A stretch of 64,000 bases of DNA, from assembly GCA_047601445.1 (NCBI GenBank), contig JASGJH010000001.1:3008001-3072000 (forward strand). The letters are read 5' to 3'. Below, one piece after another: positions 9,906 to 18,617 of the stretch; within the stretch, counting starts at the first letter, position 1, and every line of letters starts with the position of its first letter. The DNA comes from Myxococcales bacterium. Lineage in GTDB: Bacteria; Myxococcota_A; Polyangia; Polyangiales; DASUME01. Under the pieces are notes generated by a model that was not told the DNA's origin, did no database searches, and worked only from the letters and a program-made list of their open reading frames with translations. A program made the translations under genes and the position numbers.

Positions 9906-10940
9906 GTGGCACCCGTGTCCGCCTCGACGCCCTGCTACTCGGCCCGCCTGCTGTTCCCTTTTGCGAGCGTGCTCAAGGAGCGCGGCGTCATGCTGCCATT
10001 GGCGGCGGGTGCGATCGACGCCCTCGACCCCGACCTGCGCGTTCCGATCCAGGTCGCCGAAGGCTACTTGGTGTCAGCCATTCAGTTGTCCGGTGACCAC
10101 GCGCTGGGCTTGGCGGCAGGTCGCATCATGACCACCGGTGACTGTCCCGCCATCGACTACGCGGTGAGCTCGGCCGCCAACGTGCGTGAGGCGGTCAGCG
10201 TCGCGACGCGCCATGCTCGCCTTGCCAACGACGCTCTGACCATCGCGCTCGAGACCGAGGGCAGCCGCGCCGCGCTGCGCATGCACAGCTCGCTGCCGCT
10301 TCACCGAGCCTCGTCCGACTTCATGATGGCGAGCTTCTATGCCTGCCATGTAGTGCACTGGCCGCACCCGACCGGGAGCGTACGCTGCTCGTTCGCCCAC
10401 GCCGCGCCCGTGGATCGCAGCGCCTACGAGCGCACCTTTCCTGGTGTCGAGCTCGTGTTCGACGCGGCCAACTTCAGCTTCGAGTTCGACGCAGCAGTGC
10501 TCGACATGCCGCTGCACAGCGCCGACCCACGCCTGCACGCGATGGCAAAGAAGTACGCCGACTTTGCGTTGGCCGACCTGCCCTCGCCGCAAATTCATCG
10601 CGTCGAAGTGAAGAAGTTGCTGCCCGCGGAGCTGGCTCAAGGTCGCACCGAGGCCCGCAACATCGCGCGCAAGCTGAAGGTCAGCGTGCGCACCCTGGGC
10701 CGCCGCCTCGAGCACGAGGGCACGACCTACAAGGCCCTGCTCGAAGAGGTGAGGCAGGAGCTCGCCATGAGCCACCTCCTGCGGCTCGACGTGTCGATCC
10801 CGGAGATCGCAGGTTTGCTCGGCTTCTCCGATGTCACCGCGTTCCACCGCGCCTTCAAGCGCTGGACTGGCCAGACGCCCGGCGCCTATCGCGCTCGCCG
10901 TGCGCCACGCTTGGCCTCGCTGCTAGTAAGCTCGCGCTAG
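9906..10940 (+). CDS. AraC family transcriptional regulator
   Basis: C-terminal double HTH: SVRTLGRRL, LLGFSDVTAFHRAFKRWTGQTP. Confidence 0.92.
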   Translation: MAPVSASTPCYSARLLFPFASVLKERGVMLPLAAGAIDALDPDLRVPIQVAEGYLVSAIQLSGDHALGLAAGRIMTTGDCPAIDYAVSSAANVREAVSVATRHARLANDALTIALETEGSRAALRMHSSLPLHRASSDFMMASFYACHVVHWPHPTGSVRCSFAHAAPVDRSAYERTFPGVELVFDAANFSFEFDAAVLDMPLHSADPRLHAMAKKYADFALADLPSPQIHRVEVKKLLPAELAQGRTEARNIARKLKVSVRTLGRRLEHEGTTYKALLEEVRQELAMSHLLRLDVSIPEIAGLLGFSDVTAFHRAFKRWTGQTPGAYRARRAPRLASLLVSSR

Positions 10941-11257
10941 TCTCGCCGTGGCTTGGTCGAAGCAGGCTCTTGAGCGGGCGAGCTTAGAATTGAGGCGTGC
11001 AGGGCCGCCAGCAAGTCCTGCTCGGGAGGTTCGGGCGTGACCTCGCGGTAGCTGTACTGCCCCTGGATCATGCGGTTCACGTAGCTGCCCTTGTGCTTGG
11101 TACGCAGCAAGAACTCGAACACGCCTGGGGGCACCTCGCTGTAGCGATAGATGCGTCCGCCCTGGAACTCGAGCTCCAGCTCACGCGCGGATGCATCGTA
11201 GCCTGCCGACACCAGGACGCCCGACACCAGTGACACTCGCTCCATGGGACGAGTCAT
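10937..11257 (-). CDS. KTSC domain protein with short C-terminal tail
   Basis: SAGYD...LELEF..GRIYRYSEVP...KGSYVNR.I pattern. Confidence 0.85.
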   Translation of the reverse strand: MTRPMERVSLVSGVLVSAGYDASARELELEFQGGRIYRYSEVPPGVFEFLLRTKHKGSYVNRMIQGQYSYREVTPEPPEQDLLAALHASILSSPAQEPASTKPRRD

Positions 11258-11337
11258 GCACGCGGCGCGACGAACGGCAAAAGAAAGCGTGCCTGGCAGC
11301 GGCACTCGAGTTCGCGTGCAGCCCCGGTCGGCGGCCC

Positions 11338-12219
11338 CTAACCGCGCTGACGTTCGAGCTTTTCCAGCGCCTCCTGGGCGCGAGCTCGGGTGGCCTCCGC
11401 GGTGCGCTGGACGATCTGGGCGCGATCGTGGGCCTCCTTGCTGCGCACCAGGTTGTCATTGCACTGCTTGAGCTGAAAACGCAGGGCGCTCAGCGCCCGC
11501 TCCGCCTCCTGCAGGTCTGCCTTGGTCTTGCCGAGCTCGGCCTGGGCCGCCTCCTGCTCGCGCTCACGGGTCGCGCTGCTCTCGACGGCTTCTTCAAGGG
11601 CCCGCTCGGCGGTGCTGAGCGCGGTCCGTGCAAGGGCCAGAGCCTCGGCCTCGCGGTCGGGCGCGGCCGTCCCGGAACGGGCGGCCTTGGGCAAGCTAGG
11701 CCGCTCGACGGGTTCCCGCGGGGCGCTCGTGCCCACCTCGGTCACCGCGTCGAAGCCGCCAGCCTCGAGCTCCAGGGTCATTCGGCCAGGGGGCTCCTGC
11801 CCCGTCCCCGAGAGCCAGCCCTGAACCGTGGCGAGAATCCTGCGCTGCTGCACCTGGGCATGGGGCAACCCCGACGCCGCACAGAATCCCAGCGCGGCCT
11901 CGACCACCGCGTGGGTGGCGGCCCGCTGCGCGTTGGCGAGCGCCCACAGCTCCTTGGGATCGACGCGATCCTGGGCGTGCATCTCGCGCATCTGGGCCGC
12001 CTGAGCGAGCGCCTTGTCGAGCAGCTCGGGCCGCTGAAAGTGCACCTGATTCAACGCCCATGCCGCCGGGGCGGGCCGCTTGAGCGCCTTGATGCGCTGG
12101 GCCCCAGGCTTGTCGCCGCTCTTGCGCAAGCGCTCCACCAGGGCGTTCCTCGCTTCGACCATCTCGGCCGGCGGCAGCTGGAACAGGGTGTCGAGCTCGG
12201 CATCGAGGCTTTCGGGCAC
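11338..12219 (-). CDS. Conserved hypothetical protein with C-terminal coiled coil
   Basis: LFQLPP.E...ARNAL...LKRP..AAWALN N-terminus; heptad-rich C-terminus. GTG start inferred. Confidence 0.7.
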   Translation of the reverse strand: MPESLDAELDTLFQLPPAEMVEARNALVERLRKSGDKPGAQRIKALKRPAPAAWALNQVHFQRPELLDKALAQAAQMREMHAQDRVDPKELWALANAQRAATHAVVEAALGFCAASGLPHAQVQQRRILATVQGWLSGTGQEPPGRMTLELEAGGFDAVTEVGTSAPREPVERPSLPKAARSGTAAPDREAEALALARTALSTAERALEEAVESSATREREQEAAQAELGKTKADLQEAERALSALRFQLKQCNDNLVRSKEAHDRAQIVQRTAEATRARAQEALEKLERQRG

Positions 12220-12319
12220 AACGCTTGATATCACGCCCAGCGAGCGCGGATCACGACCGCGAATTCCCCGCGAAAATGCGCGTTGGGCGACCTGCGGGCT
12301 TCGTGGTAGCCTGCGGCCC

Positions 12320-12457
12320 ATGGCATCTCCGCAAGACTCACCCTACCGCAAGAAACAAAAAGTCCGCGCAACGCGCAAGCTCGCTGCCTGGCGCGAGAAG
12401 AACGAAGCCGCCAAGGCCGCTGCCGAGGCAGCCGCCCCCGCCGCCAAGAAGAAGTGA
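12320..12457 (+). CDS. Small basic Lys/Ala-rich protein (45 aa)
   Basis: MASPQDSPYRKKQKVRATRKLAAWREKNEAAK...KKK; GC3-biased codons; occupies an otherwise empty gap. Confidence 0.65.
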   Translation: MASPQDSPYRKKQKVRATRKLAAWREKNEAAKAAAEAAAPAAKKK

Positions 12458-12532
12458 TCTCCCGGGCCGCTGCGCCGGTGTCCCGCCAGGTTACTCCTTG
12501 CGTGTCACCCTTCGGCGCAGCCGCCGCTCCGG

Positions 12533-13552
12533 TCAGAGAGCGCCGCTAGCCTCGTACGCTTCCAACGTGGAGCGCGACGCCCTTCGCTGCAACAGCAGCG
12601 CCAGGGCCGCGATCCCGTTCACCAGCGTGATGCGCAGCAGGATGTACGGGAAAAGCATGTCGAGCATCCCGGCGATGGCGAACAGATACGAGTGCGGCGC
12701 CAGCGAGATGCTGATCCACAACGCCATGGGCAAGCGGTTGTGGCGCCGGTACACCTCGGCGGTCTCATCGGTGACGCGCCAGCGCGCCATCAGCAGGCGC
12801 GAGCCCCACGGGTTGGTGCGCTGCGTGAAGCGCTCCTGCTTGCCCAGATAGTCTTCGTAGAAGTCCATCGAGATGCGCGCGTGCAGGGCCAAGTTCTTGT
12901 TGTCGCGGACCTTGTTGGCCTGGGCGATCTCGGCCGCGCTGTGGCTCTCTCCACCCCCGCCGACGCGCGTGGCGCGCAAGAACAGCTCCTTGTAGGCGTC
13001 GTAGAGATTGAGCTGGAACACCGTGCACACCACGCCGACGATGCCGAGGATCACCAGGATTCCAGGCGAATAGGCGCGGTCGTGCATCACGATGTGCGCG
13101 AGGCCGGCGGCGCTGGTCGAGAACCCCACCACCATGTCGGCCAGGCCGTCGAGCGCGCGTCCGAAGGCGGAGCTCATCTTCTTGGCCCGCGCCAGAATGC
13201 CGTCGGCGCCGTCCATGATCGCGCTGACCCACAGCAAGATGCCGCCGACGACCATGCTGGTGGGCGTGCCATAGATCCAGCAGCCCGCTGCCGTGAGGCC
13301 CAGGGCCATGGCCAGGAAGGTGACCTGATTCGGCGTGATGGGCGTGCGATAGACGGCCGCGACGAACGCGTAGGCCAGCGGTCGGTGCAGCCACAGGTTC
13401 ACCGGATCTTCGACCTCGCGCGACTTCAGCACCGAGGAAAAGGGTGGCAGCGGCGGCGGCCCTCCCTCCGGCGTTTCGGACTGCGGCCTGGATCCCGCGG
13501 GAGCCGCTGACTCCTGCTTGGGTTCGGAGGGAAGCTGTTCCAGAGAGTTCAC
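12533..13552 (-). CDS. CDP-alcohol phosphatidyltransferase family protein
   Basis: ITPNQVT and signature DGADGILARAKKMSSAFGRALDGLAD. Confidence 0.92.
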   Translation of the reverse strand: MNSLEQLPSEPKQESAAPAGSRPQSETPEGGPPPLPPFSSVLKSREVEDPVNLWLHRPLAYAFVAAVYRTPITPNQVTFLAMALGLTAAGCWIYGTPTSMVVGGILLWVSAIMDGADGILARAKKMSSAFGRALDGLADMVVGFSTSAAGLAHIVMHDRAYSPGILVILGIVGVVCTVFQLNLYDAYKELFLRATRVGGGGESHSAAEIAQANKVRDNKNLALHARISMDFYEDYLGKQERFTQRTNPWGSRLLMARWRVTDETAEVYRRHNRLPMALWISISLAPHSYLFAIAGMLDMLFPYILLRITLVNGIAALALLLQRRASRSTLEAYEASGAL

Positions 13553-14505
13553 GGTGATGGCACCAGGGGCGCTGCGTCGAGGGGCTCGGCGCCCAGATCG
13601 AGCAGCGTTTCAGAGGGCTCGGGCAACCACGACTCGTCGGGTCCTTCGGGCGTCAGCACCAGCTTCTCGCCCGTGTAATGCAGGCGCCGATTGAGCCCGA
13701 ACGTGCACCACAGGTATAGCAGGAGCGAACGCTGCTCGAGCGAGGGATGGATCTTCCCGCCGTAGCGCGCGTAGTAGGCCTCCGGAGTCTTGCTCCAGTG
13801 CAGCCCGGGCAGGTCGTGGTGGATGCTGTGGAAGCCGTTGTTGAACGCCAACCAGTTGGCCAGCCCGCCCACGAAATTGCGCGAGTGGTTGTACTCGCTG
13901 TCCTGATCGCAGCCGTCGTGCTGCAGGAGATTGATGGTGATGATGCCCCACTGCGCGTAGATGTGCGGCAGGAACCAGTAGAGCAACGTGCGCTTCCAAT
14001 CCAGCACGAGCAGCGTGATCTGGATGCTCATCAGCACGGACAGCTCGAGCAACCCCTGGCGAAACCAGCGTGGGTGACGCTTGCGCATGACCCACATGTA
14101 CTGCGAGTCCGCGCGCATGATGCTCGGCGCCACCGTGAGCATGAAGAAGAGCCCATTGAGCAGGTGAAAGCCGAAGCGCGTCTTGGTCGTACGCATCACG
14201 TCGCGCCGCGACTGCGTGTAACGGTGATGGCTCAAGTTGTGCCCGGGCACGTAGGCGCTCACTGGATGGCCGTAGATGCACGTGAGGACCACCTGATAGA
14301 CCTTGTTCAACCAGCGCGCGCGAAACACCGGACAATGCAGCGAGTTGTGCGTCTGCACGGCCCCCTGGAACGCGGTCAAGCACAGGCCGACGAGGAGCGG
14401 CAGCGCCCACAGGTTCATGGGCCCCTCGAACCAGGCGTAGGCCAAGAGCGCGTAGTACGCGCCATTGAAGAAGAGGGGTCTAAGATCGGCGCGTTCTCGC
14501 AACAT
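13549..14505 (-). CDS. Membrane fatty-acid desaturase family protein
   Basis: His boxes HNSLH, HNLSHH, QH, HSIHH; 4-nt overlap with the downstream gene. Confidence 0.9.
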   Translation of the reverse strand: MLRERADLRPLFFNGAYYALLAYAWFEGPMNLWALPLLVGLCLTAFQGAVQTHNSLHCPVFRARWLNKVYQVVLTCIYGHPVSAYVPGHNLSHHRYTQSRRDVMRTTKTRFGFHLLNGLFFMLTVAPSIMRADSQYMWVMRKRHPRWFRQGLLELSVLMSIQITLLVLDWKRTLLYWFLPHIYAQWGIITINLLQHDGCDQDSEYNHSRNFVGGLANWLAFNNGFHSIHHDLPGLHWSKTPEAYYARYGGKIHPSLEQRSLLLYLWCTFGLNRRLHYTGEKLVLTPEGPDESWLPEPSETLLDLGAEPLDAAPLVPSP

Positions 14506-14804
14506 CTGACTCTTGCTTCACGCAAATGGCCAACTAGGCCACCGCCCGGCGGAGTGTGAGGGAAGACGCCGCGCTTGCCAAGCTCGCGGCCGTGGCCTGA
14601 CCAAGGCATTCATGGGCTGGAAACAGCGTGAGGAACGCTTGCCCACGGGCCTCACCTGGGTGCGATTCCGCCGTGCGCCAGACTCGCGTCGACAGGGTGC
14701 TCCGTGTGGTGCGCACGGCGTCGCAACGCTTGGGCTCGTGGGTCCGTGCGGGCGCGCGCGAAGGGGGTCGCGCGTGCAGCAACGAGGTCGCGACCGGAGC
14801 TGAT

Positions 14805-14985
14805 CCCCAACCCACCCGGTCACCACGAGCAGAAGGAGGAACCTCAAGAGCGCGAACGCCCGGCCGGGGGATTGAGACTACCCCCCGTGAGAAAGCGCGG
14901 CCCCGAGGAACCGACCTGGGGCGTTCGTTCTCGAAATGCGGCGTCGGTTGGCCTCCCGGCAAGCCCAAGGACCGGTGGCCTGGCC
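14805..14985 (-). ncRNA. Candidate structured ncRNA, 6S-like rod
   Basis: Nested complementarity: 14807-14821/14970-14983, 14835-14839/14952-14956, 14848-14861/14919-14932, apical hairpin 14866-14886. G-U wobbles favour the minus strand. Confidence 0.45.
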
Positions 14986-15160
14986 CTGGACTGGCGAAGA
15001 TCGCAGGAGATTTCGCCCATTTGAGGCCTTTCACACTCGTCTTGGCTGCGATTCCGCTCAGCACGGACGCCGCCGGGGCGCGACGAATCTCACGGAATGA
15101 GCGTGTTCAGGGCGCGCTCGCGTGTCTCCGTAGCCACTACGGGCCGCTTCCGGAGTCAGT

Positions 15161-16522
15161 GTGGTCAGCGATACCATGGTGTTGTTGACCAAGGGGATCT
15201 CCCGCTCTTCTGCGAGGTTGGTGGTGCTGGGTCTGGCCCTGGCGACCGCGCTGCCGGGCTGTGTCCTGATCGGCTACGACCCAGAAGTGCAGCTCCCGCA
15301 GCTCGTCGACCAACCTGATGGTTCGACGGGGGACGGCGATGGTGGGCTGGTCGGCCTGGACGGCTCGCCCGGGACCCCCGATGCCAGCGCTCCCCTCGAT
15401 GCGTCGAGCGACGGCGGGATCGCGGACACGGGCACGTCCGACGCGGCGCTCGCGGATCCGGATAGCGGTGCCGCGGAGTGCCCCGACGGTGGCTGTGCGT
15501 GCCCGCCGAATGGCCATGCCTGCGCGGGCGATCTCTGGCTCAGCTGTGACGCCCAGGGCAATGTGTCCGACACCGTGAACTGCCGCGACCAGGTGAGCGC
15601 GCAGTGCCAGGAAGGCGCCTGCGATCCGAGCGCGGGATGTGTGGCCCACCCGTCCGCCGACGATACGGATTGCGACGACGGACTTTTCTGCACCGCGGTC
15701 GACATGTGCAAGGCCGGTGCCTGCACCGGCACTGGCAGCCCCTGTCCCGACAACGCCTGCATCGTGCAGAGCTGCAACGAGGCCAGTGATACCTGCAGCG
15801 TGGAGTCCGTGAACAACGGCGCCAGCTGCGGCACGAATCAGACCTGCGCGAGCGATGGCAGTTGCGTCTCGAACAGCAACTGCACCTCGAACTGCACGCC
15901 CCAGTGCAGCGGCTCCACGGCGACCTGCAATCTTCCCTGCCACAACGCCAACAGCTGCAACACCACCTGTGGCGAGAGCCAGGTCTGCAACGTCGACTGC
16001 CACGACAGCACCTCCTGCGCGACCAGCTGCAACAGCTACTACGCCGATTGCAACCTCAACTGCGAAAGCTCCGGCACCTGCACGGGCACCTGCAACCACG
16101 GTGACTGCAACCTCGACTGCGACAGCGCCACCGATTGCCAGAACACCTGCTCCGGCGCCTTCTCGGAGTGCACGACCTCCTGCGACGCCGCCGCCTCCTG
16201 CGACGTGACCTGCACGAATGACGCGGACTGCGAGATCACCGGCTGCAATGGCGGCAACTGCACCGCCGCATGCGCCGAGCGGGGCACCTGCGACCTCGAC
16301 TGCAACGGCGCCAAGAGCTGCGCCGCCAGCTGCGAAAAGGACTCCACCTGCGACGTGGACTGCCGCAATTCCGACTCCTGCCAGGTCGCCTGTAGCTATA
16401 CGTCCCAGTGCGTCCTGGAGTGCGACGTCGGGGACCCGAACTGCAAGTTCACGGAATGCTTCGGCGGCGCCGACCGCTGCCCGAACGGCTTCCTGGTCTG
16501 CCACAGGTTCTGCCCGTTCTGA
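15161..16522 (+). CDS. Cys-rich repeat lipoprotein
   Basis: Signal ending LPGC; acidic linker; 63 Cys by hand count; C-x3-C-x5 periodicity. Confidence 0.85.
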   Translation: MVSDTMVLLTKGISRSSARLVVLGLALATALPGCVLIGYDPEVQLPQLVDQPDGSTGDGDGGLVGLDGSPGTPDASAPLDASSDGGIADTGTSDAALADPDSGAAECPDGGCACPPNGHACAGDLWLSCDAQGNVSDTVNCRDQVSAQCQEGACDPSAGCVAHPSADDTDCDDGLFCTAVDMCKAGACTGTGSPCPDNACIVQSCNEASDTCSVESVNNGASCGTNQTCASDGSCVSNSNCTSNCTPQCSGSTATCNLPCHNANSCNTTCGESQVCNVDCHDSTSCATSCNSYYADCNLNCESSGTCTGTCNHGDCNLDCDSATDCQNTCSGAFSECTTSCDAAASCDVTCTNDADCEITGCNGGNCTAACAERGTCDLDCNGAKSCAASCEKDSTCDVDCRNSDSCQVACSYTSQCVLECDVGDPNCKFTECFGGADRCPNGFLVCHRFCPF

Positions 16523-16533
16523 ACGGTTCTCTC

Positions 16534-16980
16534 GGCGGGGAGGTCGCGTGACCTCCCCGATAGTTAAGCCGCAGGCCCACCGTGAGCGAAGCGAACCTCG
16601 CGGTGGGGTGGGGCCCAGCGCGGCTTGGCCGCGATGGGCGGGGAGGTCGCGTGACCTCTCGCGAGAACAGCCGCAGGCCCACCGTGAGCGAAGCGAACCT
16701 CGCGGTGGGGTGGGGCCCAGCGCGGCTTGGCCGCGATGGGCGGGGAGGTCGCGTGACCTCTCGCGAGAACAGCCGCAGGCCCACCGTGAGCGAAGCGAAC
16801 CTCGCGGCGGGGTGGGGCCCAGCGCGGCTTGGCCGCGATGGGCGGGGAGGTCGCGTGACCTCCCCGATAGTTAAGCCGCCGGCACACCGTGAGCGAAGCG
16901 AACCTCGCGGTGGGGTGGGGCCCAGCGCGGCTTGGCCGCGATGGGCGGGGAGGTCGCGTGACCTCCCCGATAATTAAGCC
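16534..16980. repeat. Tandem array of a 102-103 bp palindromic (REP/BIME-like) unit, about 4.4 copies
   Basis: GGCGGGGAGGTCGCGTGACCTC starts at 16534, 16637, 16739, 16841, 16944. The intervening sequence is near-identical between copies. Confidence 0.95.
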
Positions 16981-18536
16981 GCGGCCACGGTGCGCATGCG
17001 ATCTTCGAATGCCGTTAGCGCGGCCTTGGCGCCCTCCCCCATGGCCACGACGATCTGCTTGAACGGCGTGGTGGTCACGTCGCCCGCTGCGTAGATGCCT
17101 GGCACCGAGGTACGGCCCTTGTCGTCCACGATGATCTCCCCGTAGCGGTTCAGCTCCACCAGATCGCTGGCCAGAGAGCTGTTCGGCGAGAGCCCGATCT
17201 GCACGAAGATGCCGTCGACGCTCACGTCGTGCAGCTCCTTCGTCTTGCGGTCCTCGTAGCGCAAGCCCACGGCCTTGCCGTCCTGGCCCAATACCTCGGT
17301 GGTGCGTGCAGAGCTGATCACCGTGACGTTGGCCCGCTTCTTGAGGTTGTCGATGAGCACCGCGTCGGCCTTGAGCGTGTCGGCGAACTCGATCAGGGTC
17401 ACGTGGCTGCAGATGCCGGCCAAGTCGATGGCTGCCTCCACGCCCGAGTTGCCACCGCCGATCACGGCCACCGGCTTCCCCTTGTAGAAGGGACCATCGC
17501 AGTGCGGGCAGAACGCCACGCCGCGGCCGATGTGCTCCTTCTCGCCGGGCACGCCGAGCTCGCGCCACTTGGCGCCCGTGGTGAGGATCAGCGTACCTGC
17601 GAGGATGCGCTCGCCGCCCTGGATCAACAGCTCCTTCTCGGTCCCGTTCACGATGCGCTCCACTCGGCGATGCTCGAGCAGATCGATGGGATAGCTGCGC
17701 ACGTGCTTCTCGAGCTCGGCGCTCAGGCGCGGGCCCTCCGTGTACACGGTGCCGATCAAGTTCTCGATGCCCAGGGTGTCCATCACCTGGCCGCCGAACT
17801 TCTGCGCCACGATGGCCGTCTTGAGGCCCTTGCGCGCGCTATAGATGGCCGCCGACGCGCCCGCAGGTCCGCCGCCCACGACGACGACGTCGTAGCGCTT
17901 GACCTCGGCGGACTCCGCCGCCACGACCTCGCTCGAACGACCGAGCTTGGTCTCGAGCACATCCACCAGCTCCGAGAAGTTGGCCTTGCCCACATGCACC
18001 AGCTGCTCGCCGGCGAACACGGCCGGCACGCCCTGCAGACCCAGGCGCTCGACCTCGTCTTGATAGAGCTCGCCGTCGATCATCTCGTGGGTGGCCTGCG
18101 GGTGCAGCAGCGTCACCAGGTTGAGGGCCTGCACCACGTCCGGACAGTTGGTGCACTCCAAGGACACGTAGGTGCGCAGCACCACGGGCCCCTGGATCGC
18201 GCGCACGCGCGCCTGCACGCCGGCGTCGGGCAACTTGCCCTTTCCGTCGGCGTTCAAGATCGCCAGGATCAACGAGGTGAACTCGTGCCCGGCGGGAATT
18301 GCCTTGAACGTGATGCCCGTGGGGGCCCCGTTCTTGTGGAGGCTCATCTGGAGGCCCGCGTCGACGCGGCCGGACTCCACCACCTCGATCTTCTCGGAGG
18401 TGTCGGCGACGGCGCGCGCCAGCTCGAGGAGCTCACCTTGCTTCTCGTGGGAGCTCGCGGCCACCACCAGGGTGAGCTTCGATTCCAGCGCGCCAAAGAC
18501 CTGGCGGAGTTGAGCAGAGATGGCTTCATCGAGCAT
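16974..18536 (-). CDS. ahpF: Alkyl hydroperoxide reductase subunit F
   Basis: GHEFTSLILA, CTNCPDVVQALN, GGGPAG, CPHCDGP, GGGNSGVEAAIDLAG. Confidence 0.97.
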   Translation of the reverse strand: MLDEAISAQLRQVFGALESKLTLVVAASSHEKQGELLELARAVADTSEKIEVVESGRVDAGLQMSLHKNGAPTGITFKAIPAGHEFTSLILAILNADGKGKLPDAGVQARVRAIQGPVVLRTYVSLECTNCPDVVQALNLVTLLHPQATHEMIDGELYQDEVERLGLQGVPAVFAGEQLVHVGKANFSELVDVLETKLGRSSEVVAAESAEVKRYDVVVVGGGPAGASAAIYSARKGLKTAIVAQKFGGQVMDTLGIENLIGTVYTEGPRLSAELEKHVRSYPIDLLEHRRVERIVNGTEKELLIQGGERILAGTLILTTGAKWRELGVPGEKEHIGRGVAFCPHCDGPFYKGKPVAVIGGGNSGVEAAIDLAGICSHVTLIEFADTLKADAVLIDNLKKRANVTVISSARTTEVLGQDGKAVGLRYEDRKTKELHDVSVDGIFVQIGLSPNSSLASDLVELNRYGEIIVDDKGRTSVPGIYAAGDVTTTPFKQIVVAMGEGAKAALTAFEDRMRTVAAA

Positions 18537-18617
18537 GACGTCGTTCCTTCCTTTCGTATCCGGCTCGCCTCTTAGGCGGGCCCCAGAGAGCCTTTCGTTA
18601 CGAGTGACTCGCCAGAA

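Noticed and set aside
14513..15188. ORFs across the 14.5-15.2 kb intergenic region
   Set aside because: Arg/Pro/Gly-rich translations with no motifs or convincing SD; better explained as non-coding.
16566..16665. Group II intron domain V/VI remnant (AAGCCGC...GCGGCTT stem, unit ending CCCCGAT)
   Set aside because: No 34-nt D5 geometry, GNRA loop or 2-nt bulge, and no reverse transcriptase nearby.
16449..16977. Repeat-containing peptide ORFs over the array
   Set aside because: Translation artefacts of the DNA repeat; the 102/103-bp periods break frame.
16534..16980. CRISPR array
   Set aside because: Sequences between the palindromes are near-identical rather than unique spacers, the period is about 102 bp, and no cas genes are present.
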